Origin: Eledone cirrhosa
Taxonomy: Eukaryota
DNA length: 64,000 nucleotides
NCBI GenBank assembly: GCA_964016885.1
Contig: OZ024744.1
Coordinates: 101,742,001 to 101,806,000, forward strand
Direction: 5' to 3'
This document shows positions 1 through 13,474 of the stretch, in pieces. Under the pieces are notes generated by a model. That model did no database searches. It was given only the letters and a program-made list of their open reading frames with translations, and had not been told where the DNA came from. A program made the translations under genes and the position numbers. The stretch's first letter is position 1. Every line of letters begins with the position of its first letter.

Positions 1-3000
1 TTTATTGTTGGCTTTGTTAATTGTTGGTTTATTTATTATTGGCTTTAATTATTGTAGGTTTGTTTATTGTTGGTTTGTTTATTGTTGGTTTGTTTATTGT
101 TGCTTTGTTTATTGTTGGTTTGTTTATTGTTGGTTTGTTTATTGTTGGTTTGTTTATTGTTGGTTTGTTTATTGTAGGCTTTGTTTAATGTTCGTTCGTT
201 TATTGTTGGTTTCTTTATTGTTGGTTTGTTATTTGTTAGTTTGTTTATTGTTGTCTTTGTTTATTTTTGGTTTGCTTATTGTTGGCTTTGTTTATTGTTG
301 GTTTGTTTATTGTTGGCTTTGTTTATTGTTGGTTTGTTTATTATTTGCTTTGTTTAATGTTGGTTTGTTTTATTGTTGGCTTTGTTTATTTTTGGTTCCT
401 TTATTGTTGGCTTTGTTTATTGTTGGTTTGTTTATTGTTGGCTTTGTTTATTGTTGGTTTGTTTATTGTTGGCTTTTTTATTGTTGGTTTGTTTATTGTT
501 GGCTTTGTTTATTGTTGGTTTGTTTATTATTGGCTTTCTTTATTGTTGGTTTCTTTATTGTTGGCTTTGTTTATTGATGGTTTGTTTATTGTTGGCTTTG
601 TTTATTGTTGGTTTGTTTATTGGTGGCTTTGTTTATTGTTGGTTTGTTTATTGTTGGCTCTGTTTATTGTTGGCTTTGTTTATGGTTGGTTTGTTTATTA
701 TTGGCTTTAATTATTGTTGGTTTGTCTATTGTTGGCTTTGTTTATTGTTGGTTTGTTTATTGTCGGTTTTGTTTATTGTTGCTTTCTTTATTGTTGGTTT
801 GTTTATTGTTGGCTTTGTTTATTGCTCGTTTGTTTATTGTTGGTTTGTTTATTGTTGGCTTTGTTTATTGTTGGTTTGTTTATTGTTGGCTTTGTATATT
901 GTTGGTTTGTTTATTGTTGGCTTTGTTTATTGTTGGGTTTTTTATTGCAGGCTTTGTTTAATGTTGGTTTGTTTTATTGTTGGCTCTGTTTATTTTTGGT
1001 TCCTTTATTGTTGGCTTTGTTTATTGTTGGTTTGTTTATTGTTGGCTTTGTTTATTGTTGGTTTGTTTATTGTTGGCTTTTTTTATTGTTGGTTTGTTTA
1101 TTGTTGGCTTTGTTTATTGTTGGTTTGTTTATTGGTGGATTTGTTTATTGTTGGTTTGCTTATTGGTGGCTTTGTTTATTGTTGGTTTGTTTATTGTTGG
1201 CTTTGTTAATTGTTGGTATATTTATTATTGGCTTTAATTATTGTTGGTTTGTTTATTGTTGGTTTGTTTATTGTTGGTTTGTTTATTGTTGCTTTGTTTA
1301 TTGTTGGTTTGTTTATTGTTGGTTTGTTTATTGTTGGCTTTGTTTATTCTTGGTTTGTTTATTGCTGGCTTTGTGTAATTTTAGTTTGTTTATTGTTGGC
1401 TTTGTTTATTTTTTGTTTGTTTATTGTTGGCTTTGTTTATTGTTGGTTTGTTTATTGTTGGTTTGTTTATTGTTGGCTTTGTTTATTGTTGGTTTGTTTA
1501 TTGTTCGCTTTCTTTATTGTTGGTTTGTTTATTATTGGCTTTGTTTATTGTTGGTTTGATTATTGTTTGCTTTGTTTATTGTTGGTTTGTTCATTGTTGG
1601 CTTTGTTTATTGCTGGTTTGTTTATTGGTGGCTTTGTTTATTGTTGGTTTGTTTATTGTTGGCTTTGTTTATTGTTGGCTTTGTTTATTGTTGGTTTGTT
1701 TATTATTGGCTTTGTTTATTGTTGTTTTGCTTATGTGTGGCTTTGTTTATTGTTGGTTTGTTTATTGTTAGCTTTGTTTATTGTTGGTTTGTTTATTATT
1801 GGTTTTAATTATTGTTGGTTTGTCTATTGTTGGCTTTGTTTATTGTTGGTTTCTTTATTGTTGGCTTTGTTTATTGTTGGTTTGTTTATTGTTGGCTTTG
1901 TTTATTGTGGGTTTGTTTATTGTTGGCTTTTTTTATTGTTGGTTTGTTATTGTTGGCTTTGTTTATTGTTCGTTTGTTTATTGTTGGTTTGTTTATTGTT
2001 GGCTTTGTTTATTGTTGGTTTGTTTATTGTTGGCTTTGTTTATTGTTGGTTTGTTTATTATTTGCTTTGTTTATTGTTGGTTTGTTTATTGTTGGCTTTG
2101 TTTATTTTTGGTTTGTTTATTACTGGCTTTGTTTATTGTTGGTTTGTTTATTGTCGGCTTTGTTTATTGTTGGTTTGTTTATTGTTGGCTTTGTTTATTG
2201 TTGGTTTGTTTATTGTTGGCTTTGTTTATTTTTGGTTCCTTTATTGTTGGCTTTGTTTATTGTTGGTTTGTTTATTGTTGGCTTTGTTTATTGTTGGTTT
2301 GTTTATTGTTGGCTTTTTTTTATTGTTGGTTTGTTTATTGTTGGCTTTGTTTATTGTTGGTTTGTTTCTTGTTGGCTTTGTTTATTGTTGGTTTCTTTAT
2401 TGTTGGCTTTGTTTATTGATGGTTTGTTTATTGTTGGCTTTGTTTATTGTTGGTTTGTTTATTGGTGGCTTTGTTTATTGTTGGTTTGTTTATTGTTGGC
2501 TTTGTTTATTGTTGGCTTAGTTTATTGTTGGTTTGTTTATTATTGGCTTTAATTATTGTTGGTTTGTCTATTGTTGGCTTTGTTTATTGTTGGTTTGTTT
2601 ATTGTTGGTTTTGTTTATGGTTGCTTTCTTTATTGTTGGTTTGTTTATTGTTGGCTTTGTTAATTGCTCGTTTGTTTATTGTTGGTTTGTTTATTGTTGG
2701 CTTTGTTTATTGTTGGTTTGTTTATTGTTGGCTTTGTTTATTGTTGGTTTGTTTATTATTTGCTTTGTTTATTGTTGGTTTGTTTATTGTTGGCTTTGTT
2801 TATTTTTGATTTATTTATTACTGGCTTTGTTTATTGTTGGTTTGTTTATTGTTGGCTTTGTTTATTGTTGGTTTGTTTATTGTTGGCTTTGTTTATTGTT
2901 GGGTTTTTTATTGCAGGCTTTGTTTAATGTTGGTTTGTTTTATTGTTGGCTTTGTTTATTTTTGGTTCCTTTATTGTTGGCTTTGTTTATTGTTGGTTTG

Positions 3001-5289
3001 TTTATTGTTGGCTTTGTTTATTGTTGGCTTTGTTTATTGTTGGCTTTTTTTATTGTTGGTTTGTTTATTGTTGGCTTTGTTTATTGTTGGTTTGTTTATT
3101 GGTGGATTTGTTTATTGTTGGTTTGCTTATTGGTGGCTTTGTTTATTGTTGGTTTGTTTATTGTTGGCTTTGTTAATTGTTGGTTTATTTATTATTGGCT
3201 TTAATTATTGTAGGTTTGTTTATTGTTGGTTTGTTTATTGTTGGTTTGCTTATTGTTGCTTAGTTTATTGTTGGTTTGTTTATTGTTGGTTTGTTTATTG
3301 TTGGTTTGTTTATTGTTGGTTTGTTTATTGTAGGCTTTATTTAATGTTCGTTCGTTTATTGTTGGTTTCTTTATTGTTGGTTTGTTTATTGTTGGCTTTG
3401 TTTATTGTTGGTTTGTTTATTGTTGGTTTGTTTATTGTTGGCTTTGTTTATTGTTGGTTTGTTTATTGTTGGTTTGTTTATTGTTGGCTTTGTTTATTGT
3501 TGGTTTGTTTATTGTTCGCTTTCTTTATTGTTGGTTTGTTTATTATTGGCTTTGTTTATTGTTGGTTTGTTTATTGTTGGCTTTGTTTATTGTTGGCTTT
3601 GTTTATTGTTGGTTTGTTTATTATTGGCTTTGTTTATTGTTGTTTTGCTTATTTCTGGCTTTGTTTAATGTTGGTTTGTTTATTGTTGGCTTTGTTTATT
3701 GTTGGTTTGTTTATTATTGGCTTTGTGTATTATTGGCTTTGTTTATTGTTGGTTTGTTTATTGTTGCTTTGTTTATTGTTGGTTTGTTTATTGTTGGTTT
3801 TTTTATTGTTGGTTTGTTTATTGGTGGATTTGTTTATTGTTGGTTTGATTATTGTTGGCTTTGTTTATTGTTGGTTTGTTTATTGTTGGCTTTGTTAATT
3901 GTTGGTTTATTTATTATTGGCTTTAATTATTGTAGGTTTGTTTATTGTTGGTTTGTTTATTGTTGGTTTGTTTATTGTTGCTTTGTTTATTGTTGGTTTG
4001 TTTATTGTTGGTTTGTTTATTGTTGGTTTGTTTATTGTAGGCTTTGTTTTTTGTTAGTTTGTTTATTGTTGTCTTTGTTAATTTTTGGTTTGTTTATTGT
4101 CGGCTTTGTTTATTGTTGGTTTGTTTATTGTTGGCTTTCTTTATTGTTGGTTTGTTTATTATTGGCTTGGTTTATTGTTGGTTTATTTATTGTTGGTTTG
4201 TTTATTGTTGGCTTTGTGTATTGTTGGTTTGTTTATTGTTGGCTTTGTTTATTGTTGGTTTGTTTATTATTGGCTTTGTTTATTTTTTGTTTGTATATTG
4301 TTGGCTTTGTTTACTGTTGGTTTGTTTATTGTTGGTTTGTTTATTGTTGGCTTTGTTTATTGTTGGTTTGTTTATTGTTGGTTTGTTTATTGTTGGCTTT
4401 GTTTATTGTTGGTTTGTTTATTGTTCGCTTTCTTTATTGTTGGTTTGTTTATTATTGGCTTTGTTTATTGTTGGTTTGTTTATTGTTGGCTTTGTTTATT
4501 GTTGGCTTTGTTTATTGTTGGTTTGTTTATTATTGGCTTTGTTTATTGTTGTTTTGCTTATTTCTGGCTTTGTTTAATGTTGGTTTGTTTATTGTTGGCT
4601 TTGTTTATTGTTGGTTTGTTTATTATTGGCTTTAATTATTGTTGGTTTGTCTATTGTTGGCTTTGTTTATTGTTGGTTTGTTTATTGTTGGCTTTGGTTA
4701 TTGTTGCTTTCTTTATTGTTGGTTTGTTTATTGTTGGCTTTGTTTATTGCTCGTTTGTTTATTGTTGGTTTGTTTATTGTTGGCTTTGTTTATTGTTGGT
4801 TTGTTTATTGTTGGTTTGTTTATTATTTGCTTTGTTTATTGTCGGTTTGTTTATTGTTGGCTTTGTTTATTTTTGGTTTGTTTATTACTGGCTTTGTTTA
4901 TTGTTGGTTCGTTTATTGTTGGCTTTGTTTATTGTTGGTTTGTTTATTGTTGGCTTTGTTTATTGTTGGGTTTTTTATTGCAGGCTTTGTTTAATGTTGG
5001 TTTATTTTATTGTTGGCTTTGTTTATTTTTGGTTTCTTTATTGTTGGCTTTGTTTATTGTTGGTTTGTTTATTGTTGGCTTTGTTTATTGTTGGTTTGTT
5101 TATTATTGGCTTTGTTTAATGTTGGTTTCTTTATTGTTGGCTTTGTTTATTGTTGGCTTTGTTTATTGTTGGTTTGTTTATTGTTGGCTTTGTTTATTGT
5201 TGGTTTGCTTATTGGTGGCTTTGTTTATTGTTGGTTTGTTTATTGTTGGCCTTGTTAATTGTTGGTTTATTTATTATTGGCTTTAATTA

Positions 5290-8200
5290 TTTTTGGTTTG
5301 TCTATTGTTGGCTTTGTTTATTGTTGGTTTGTTTATTGTTGGCTTTGTGTATTATTGGCTTTGTTTATTGTTGGTTTGTTTATTGTTGCTTTGTTTATTG
5401 TTGGTTTGTTTATTGTTGGTTTGTTTATTGTTGGTTTGTTTATTGTAGGCTTTGTTTAATGTTCGTTCGTTTATTGTTGGTTTCTTTATTGTTGGTTTGT
5501 TTTTTGTTAGTTTGTTTATTGTTGTCTTTGTTTATTTTTGGTTTGTTTATTGTCGGCTTTGTTTATTGTTGGTTTGTTTATTGTTGGCTTTCTTTATTGT
5601 TGGTTTGTTTATTATTGGCTTGGTTTATTGTTGGTTTATTTATTGTTGGTTTGTTTATTGTTGGCTTTGTTTATTGTTGGTTTGTTTATTGTTGGCTTTG
5701 TTTATTGTTGGTTTGTTTATTATTGGCTTTGTTTATTTTTGGTTTGTTTATTGTTGGCTTTGTATATTTTTGGTCTGTTTATATACTGGCTTTGTTTATT
5801 GTTGGTTTGTTTATTGTTGGCTTTGTTTATTGTTGGTTTGTTTATTGTTGGTTTGTTTATTGTTTGCTTTGTTTATTGTTTGTTTGTTTATTGCTGGCTT
5901 TGTTTAATGATAGTTTGTTTATTGTTGGCTTTGTTTATTTTTTGTATTTATATTGTTGGCTTTGTTTACTGTTGGTTTGTTTATTGTTGGTTTGTTTATT
6001 GTTGGCTTTGTTTATTGATGGTTTGTTTATTGTTGGCTTTGTTTATTGTTGGTTTGTTTATTGGTGGCTTTGTTTATTGTTGGTTTGTTTATTGTTGGCT
6101 TTGTTTATTGTTGGCTTTGTTTATTGCTGGTTTGTTTATTATTGGCTTTGTTTATTGTTGGTTTGTCTATTGTTGGCTTTGTTTATTGTTGGTTTGTTTA
6201 TTGTTGGTTTTGTTTATTGTTGCTTTCTTTATTGTTGGTTTGTTTATTGTTGGCTTTGTTTATTGCTCGTTTGTTTATTGTTGGTTTGTTTATTGTTGGC
6301 TTTGTTTATTGTTGGTTTGTTTATTATTGGCTTTGTTTATTGTTGGTTTGTTTATTGTTGGCTTTTTTTATTGTTGGTTTGTTTATTGTTGGCTTTGTTT
6401 ATTGTTGGTTTGTTTATTGGTGGATTTTTTTATTGTTGGTTTGCTTATTGGTGGCTTTGTTAATTGTTGGTTTATTTATTATTGGCTTTAATTATTGTTG
6501 GTTTGTTTATTGTTGGTTTGTTTATTGTTGGTTTGTTTATTGTTGCTTTGTTTATTGTTGGTTTGTTTATTGTTGGTTTGTTTATTGTTGGTTTGTTTCT
6601 TGTTGGTTTGTTTATTGTAGGCTTTGTTTAATGTTGGTTCGTTTATTGTTGGCTTTGTTTATTGTTGGTTTCTTTATTGTTCGTTTGTTTTTTGTTAGTT
6701 TGTTTATTGTTGTCTTTGTTTATTTTTGGTTTGTTTATTGTCGGCTTTGTTTATTGTTGGTTTGTTTATTGTTGGCTTTCTTTATTGTTAGTTTGTTTAT
6801 TATTGGCTTGGTTTATTGTTGGTTTATTTATTGTTGGTTTGTTTATTGTTGGCTTTGTTTATTGTTGGTTTGTTTATTGTTGGCTTTGTTTATTGTTGGT
6901 TTGTTTATTATTGGCTTTCTTTATTTTTGGTTTGTTTATTGTTGGCTTTGTATATTTTTGGTTTGTTTATATACTGGCTTTGTTTATAGTTGGTTTGTTT
7001 ATTGTTGGTTTGTTTATTGTTGGCTTTGTTTATTGTTGGTTTGTTTATTGCTGGCTTTGTTTAATTATAATTTGTTTATTGTTGGCTTTGTTTATTTTTT
7101 GTTTGTATATTGTTGGCTTTGTTTATTGTTGGTTTGTTTATTGTTGGCTTTGTTTATTGTTGGTTTGTTTATTGTTCGCTTTCTTTATTGTTGGTTTGGT
7201 TATTATTGGCTTTGTTTATTGTTGGTTTCTTTATTGTTGGCTTTGTTTATTGTTGGTTTGTTTATTGTTGGCTTTGTTTATTGTTGGTTTGTTTATTGTT
7301 GGCTTTGTTTATTTTTGGTTCCTTTATTGTTGGCTTTGTTTATTGTTGGTTTGTTTATTGTTGGCTTTGTTTATTGTTGGTTTGTTTATTGTTGGCTTTG
7401 TTTATTGTTGGCTTTGTTTATTGTTGGTTTGTTTATTATTGGCTTTGTTTATTGTTGTTTTGCTTATTTGTGGCTTTGTTTAATGTTGGTTTCTTTATTG
7501 TTGGCTTTGTTTATTGTTGGTTTGTTTATTATTGGCTTTAATTATTGTTGGTTTGTCTATTGTTGGCTTTGTTTATTGTTGGTTTGTTTATTGTTGGCTT
7601 TGTGTATTATTGGCTTTGTTTATTGTTGGTTTGTTTATTGTTGCTTTGTTTATTGTTGCTTTGTTTATTGTTGGTTAGTTTATTGTTGGTTTGTTTATTG
7701 TAGGCTTTGTTTAATGTTCGTTCGTTTATTGTTGGTTTCTTTATTGTTGGTTTGTTTTTTGTTAGTTTGTTTATTGTTGTCTTTGTTTATTTTTGGTTTG
7801 TTTATTGTCGGCTTTGTTTATTGTTGGTTTGTTTATTGTTGGCTTTCTTTATTGTTGGTTTGTTTATTATTGGCCTGGTTTATTGTTGGTTTATTTATTG
7901 TTGGTTTGTTTATTGTTGGCTTTGTTTATTGTTGGTTTGTTTATTGTTGGCTTTGTTTATTGTTGGTTTGTTTATTATTGGCTTTGTTTATTTTTGGTTT
8001 GTTTATTGTTGGCTTTGTATATTTTTGGTCTGTTTATATACTGGCTTTGTTTATTGTTGGTTTGTTTATTGTTGGCTTTGTTTATTGTTGGTTTGTTTAT
8101 TGTTGGTTTGTTTATTGTTTGCTTTGTTTATTGTTTGTTTGTTTATTGCTGGCTTTGTTTAATGATAGTTTGTTTATTGTTGGCTTTGTTTATTTTTTGT

Positions 8201-8570
8201 ATTTATATTGTTGGCTTTGTTTACTGTTGGTTTGTTTATTGTTGGTTTGTTTATTGTTGGCTTTGTTTATTGATGGTTTGTTTATTGTTGGCTTTGTTTA
8301 TTGTTGGTTTGTTTATTGGTGGCTTTGTTTATTGTTGGTTTGTTTATTGTTGGCTTTGTTTATTGTTGGCTTTGTTTATTGTTGGTTTGTTTATTATTGG
8401 CTTTGTTTATTGTTGGTTTGTCTATTGTTGGCTTTGTTTATTGTTGGTTTGTTTATTGTTGGTTTTGTTTATTGTTGCTTTCTTTATTGTTGGTTTGTTT
8501 ATTGTTGGCTTTGTTTATTGCTCGTTTGTTTATTGTTGGTTTGTTTATTGTTGGCTTTGTTTATTGTTGG
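5290..8570 (+). repeat. About 1-kb block (5,290-6,310) repeated at offset 2,255 bp (7,545-8,570)
   Basis: ORF pairs 5452/7707, 5538/7793, 6046/8301. Shared GGTCTGTTTATATACTGG and TGTTTGCTTTGTTTATTGTTTGTTTG variants. Confidence 0.8.
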
Positions 8571-11293
8571 TTTTTTATTATTTGCTTTGTTTATTGTTGG
8601 TTTGTTTATTGTTGGCTTTGTTTATTTTTGGTTTGTTTATTACTGGCTTTGTTTATTGTTGGTTTGTTTATTGTTGGCTTTGTTTATTGTTGGTTTGTTT
8701 ATTGGTGGATTTGTTTATTGTTGGTTTGTTTATTGTTGGCTTTATTTATTGTTGGCTTTGTTTATTGTTGGTTTGTTTATTGTTGGCTTTGTTTATTGTT
8801 GGTTTACTTATTGGTGGCTTTGTTTATTGTTGGTTTGTTTATTGTTCGCTTTCTTTATTGTTGGTTTGTTTATTATTGGCTTTGTTTATTGTTGGTTTGA
8901 TTATTGTTGGCTTTGTTTATTGTTGGTTTGTTTATTGTTGGCTTTGTTTATTGCTGGTTTTTTTTATTGTTGGCTTTGTTTATTGTTGGTTTGTTTATTA
9001 TTGGCTTTGATTATTGTTGTTTTGCTTATTTGTGGCTTTGTTTATTGTTGGTTTGTTTATTGTTAGCTTTGTTTATTGTTGGTTTGTCTATTGTTGGCTT
9101 TGTTTATTGTTGGTTTCTTTATTGTTGGCTTTGTTTATTGTTGGTTTGTTTATTGTTGGCTTTGTTTATTGTGGGTTTGTTTATTGTTGGCTTTTTTATT
9201 GTTGGTTTGTTATTGTTGGCTTTGTTTATTGTTCGTTTGTTTATTGTTGGTTTGTTTATTGTTGGCTTTGTTTATTGTTGGTTTGTTTATTGTTGGCTAT
9301 GTTTATTGTTGGTTTGTTTATTGTTGGCTTTGTTTATTGTTGGTTTGTTTATTGTTGGTTTGTTTATTGTTGGCTTTGTTTATTGTTGGTTTGTTTATTG
9401 TTCGCTTTCTTTATTGTTGGTTTGTTTATTATTGGCTTTGTTTATTGTTGGTTTGATTATTGTTGGCTTTGTTTATTGTTGGTTTGTTCATTGTTGGCTT
9501 TGTTTATTGCTGGTTTGTTTATTGGTGGCTTTGTTTATTGTTGGTTTGTTTATTGTTGGCTTTGTTTATTGTTGGCTTTGTTTATTGTTGGTTTGTTTAT
9601 TATTGGCTTTGTTTATTGTTGTTTTGCTTATTTGTGGCTTTGTTTATTGTTGGTTTGTTTATTGTTAGCTTTGTTTATTGTTGGTTTGTTTATTATTGGC
9701 TTTAATTATTGTTGGTTTGTCTATTGTTGGCTTTGTTTATTGTTGGTTTCTTTATTGTTGGCTTTGTTTATTGTTGGTTTGTTTATTGTTGGCTTTGTTT
9801 ATTGTGGGTTCGTTTATTGTTGGCTTTTTTTATTGTTGGTTTGTTATTGTTGGCTTTGTTTATTGTTCGTTTGTTTATTGTTGGTTTGTTTATTGTTGGC
9901 TTTGTTTATTGTTGGTTTGTTTATTGTTGGCTTTGTTTATTGTTGGTTTGTTTTTTGTTGGCTTAGTTTATTGTTGGTTTGTTTATTGTTGGCTTTGTTT
10001 ATTATGGGTTTGTTTATTGTTGGCTTTGTTTATTGTTGGTTTGTTTATTGTTGGCTTTGTTTATTGATGGTTTGTTTATTGTTGGCTTTGTTTATTTTTG
10101 GTTCCTTTATTGTTGGCTTTGTTTATTGTTGGTTTGTTTATTGTTGGCTTTGTTTATTGTTGGTTTGTTTATTGTTGGCTTTTTTTATTGTTGGTTTGTT
10201 TATTGTTGGCTTTGTTTATTGTTGGTTTGTTTCTTGTTGGCTTTGTTTATTGTTGGTTTCTTTATTGTTGGCTTTGTTTATTGATGGTTTGTTTATTGTT
10301 GGCTTTGTTTATTGTTGGTTTGTTTATTGGTGGCTTTGTTTATTGTTGGGTTTTTTATTGCAGGCTTTGTTTAATGTTAGTTTGTTTTATTGTTGGCTTT
10401 GTTTATTTTTGGTTCCTTTATTGTTGGCTTTGTTTATTGTTGGTTTGTTTATTGTTGGCTTTGTTTATTGTTGGTTTGCTTATTGTTGGCTTTTTTTATT
10501 GTTGGTTTGTTTATTGTTGGCTTTGTTTATTGTTGGTTTGTTTATTGGTGGCTTTGTTTAATTATAATTTGTTTATTGTTGGCTTTGTTTATTTTTTGTT
10601 TGTATATTGTTGGCTTTGTTTATTGTTGGTTTGTTTATTGTTGGCTTTGTTTATTGTTGGTTTGTTTATTGTTCGCTTTCTTTATTGTTGGTTTGGTTAT
10701 TATTGGCTTTGTTTATTGTTGGTTTCTTTATTGTTGGCTTTGTTTATTGTTGGTTTGTTTATTGTTGGCTTTGTTTATTGTTGGTTTGTTTATTGTAGGC
10801 TTTGTTTAATGTTCGTTCGTTTATTGTTGGTTTCTTTATTGTTGGTTTGTTTTTTGTTAGTTTGTTTATTGTTGTCTTTGTTTATTTTTGGTTTGTTTAT
10901 TGTCGGCTTTGTTTACTGTTGGTTTGTTTATTGTTGGCTTTGTTTATTTTTGGTTTGTTTATTACTGGCTTTGTTTATTGTTGGTTTGTTTATTGTCGGC
11001 TTTGTTTATTGTTGGTTTGTTTATTGTTGGCTTTGTTTATTGTTGGTTTGTTTATTGTTGGCTTTGTTTATTTTTGGTTCCTTTATTGTTGGCTTTGTTT
11101 ATTGTTGGTTTGTTTATTGTTGGCTTTGTTTATTGTTGGTTTGTTTATTGTTGGCTTTTTTTATTGTTGGTTTGTTTATTGTTGGCTTTGTTTATTGTTG
11201 GTTTGTTTATTGTTGGCTTTGTTTATTGTTGGTTTCTTTATTGTTGGCTTTGTTTATTGATGGTTTGTTTATTGTTGGTTTGTTTATTGTTGG

Positions 11294-13474
11294 CTTTGTT
11301 TATTTTTGGTTTGTTTATTGTCGGCTTTGTTTATTGTTGGTTTTTTTATTGTTGGCTTTCTTTATTGTTGGTTTGTTTATTATTGGCCTGGTTTATTGTT
11401 GGTTTATTTATTGTTGGTTTGTTTATTGTTGGCTTTTTTTATTGTTGGTTTGTTTATTGTTGGCTTTGTTTATTGTTGGTTTGTTTATTATTGGCTTTGT
11501 TTATTTTTGGTTTGTTTATTGTTGGCTTTGTATATTTTTGGTCTGTTTATATACTGACTTTGTTTATTGTTGGTTTGTTTATTGTTGGCTTTGTTTATTG
11601 TTGGTTTGTTTATTGTTGGTTTGTTTATTGTTTGCTTTGTTTATTGTTTGTTTGTTTATTGCTGGCTTTGTTTAATGATAGTTTGTTTATTGTTGGCTTT
11701 GTTTATTTTTTGTATTTATATTGTTGGCTTTGTTTACTGTTGGTTTGTTTATTGTTGGTTTGTTTATTGTTGGCTTTGTTTATTGATGGTTTGTTTATTG
11801 TTGGCTTTGTTTATTGTTGGTTTGTTTATTGGTGGCTTTGTTTATTGTTGGTTTGTTTATTGTTGGCTTTGTTTATTGTTGGCTTTGTTTATTGTTGGTT
11901 TGTTTATTATTGGCTTTGTTTATTGTTGGTTTGTCTATTGTTGGCTTTGTTTATTGTTGGTTTGTTTATTGTTGGTTTTGTTTATTGTTGCTTTCTTTAT
12001 TGTTGGTTTGTTTATTGTTGGCTTTGTTTATTGCTCGTTTGTTTATTGTTGGTTTGTTTATTGTTGGCTTTGTTTATTGTTGGTTTGTTTATTATTTGCT
12101 TTGTTTATTGTTGGTTTGTTTATTGTTGGCTTTGTTTATTTTTGGTTTGTTTATTACTGGCTTTGTTTATTGTTGGTTTGTTTATTGTTGGCTTTGTTTA
12201 TTGTTGGTTTGTTTAATGTTGGCTTTGTTTATTGTTGGGTTTTTTATTGCAGGCTTTGTTTAATGTTAGTTTGTTTTATTGTTGGCTTTGTTTATTTTTG
12301 GTTCCTTTATTGTTGGCTTTGTTTATTGTTGGTTTGTTTATTGTTGGCTTTGTTTATTGTTGGTTTGTTTATTGTTGGCTTTTTTTATTGTTGGTTTGTT
12401 TATTGTTGGCTTTGTTTATTGTTGGTTTGTTTATTGGTGGATTTTTTTATTGTTGGTTTGCTTATTGGTGGCTTTGTTAATTGTTGGTTTATTTATTATT
12501 GGCTTTAATTATTGTTGGTTTGTTTATTGTTGGTTTGTTTATTGTTGGTTTGTTTATTGTTGCTTTGTTTATTGTTGGTTTGTTTATTGTTGGTTTGTTT
12601 ATTGTTGGTTTGTTTATTGTTGGTTTGTTTATTGTAGGCTTTGTTTAATGTTGGTTCGTTTATTGTTGGCTTTGTTTATTGTTGGTTTCTTTATTGTTCG
12701 TTTGTTTTTTGTTAGTTTGTTTATTGTTGTCTTTGTTTATTTTTGGTTTGTTTATTGTCGGCTTTGTTTATTGTTGGTTTGTTTATTGTTGGCTTTCTTT
12801 ATTGTTAGTTTGTTTATTATTGGCTTGGTTTATTGTTGGTTTATTTATTGTTGGTTTGTTTATTGTTGGCTTTGTTTATTGTTGGTTTGTTTATTGTTGG
12901 CTTTGTTTATTGTTGGTTTGTTTATTATTGGCTTTCTTTATTTTTGGTTTGTTTATTGTTGGCTTTGTATATTTTTGGTTTGTTTATATACTGGCTTTGT
13001 TTATAGTTGGTTTGTTTATTGTTGGTTTGTTTATTGTTGGCTTTGTTTATTGTTGGTTTGTTTATTGCTGGCTTTGTTTAATTTTAATTTGTTTATTGTT
13101 GGCTTTGTTTATTTTTTATTTGTATATTGTTGGCTTTGTTTATTGTTGGTTTGTTTATTGTTGGCTTTGTTTATTGTTGGTTTGTTTATTGTTCGCTTTC
13201 TTTATTGTTGGTTTGTTTATTATTGGCTTTGTTTATTGTTGGTTTCTTTATTGTTGGCTTTGTTTATTGTTGGTTTGTTTATTGTTGGCTTTGTTTATTG
13301 TTGGTTTGTTTATTGTTGGCTTTGTTTATTTTTGGTTCCTTTATTGTTGGCTTTGTTTATTGTTGGTTTGTTTATTGTTGGCTTTGTTTATTGTTGGTTT
13401 GTTTATTGTTGGCTTTGTTTATTGTTGGCTTTGTTTATTGTTGGTTTGTTTATTATTGGCTTTGTTTATTGTTG
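11294..13474 (+). repeat. Block duplicated 6,972 bp downstream (18,266-20,446); parts also at about 5.5-7.6 kb
   Basis: ORF pairs 11306/18278, 11814/18786, 12679/19651, 13127/20099 (offset 6,972); 6662/12679 and 7110/13127 (offset 6,017). Confidence 0.8.

Noticed and set aside
51-180. Minus-strand PTINK or NNKQT peptide repeats (mucin- or antigen-like)
   Set aside because: Open only within short pure 15-mer tracts. The 16-mers shift the frame into CAA-CAA-TAA, and the ORF track lists no minus-strand ORF.
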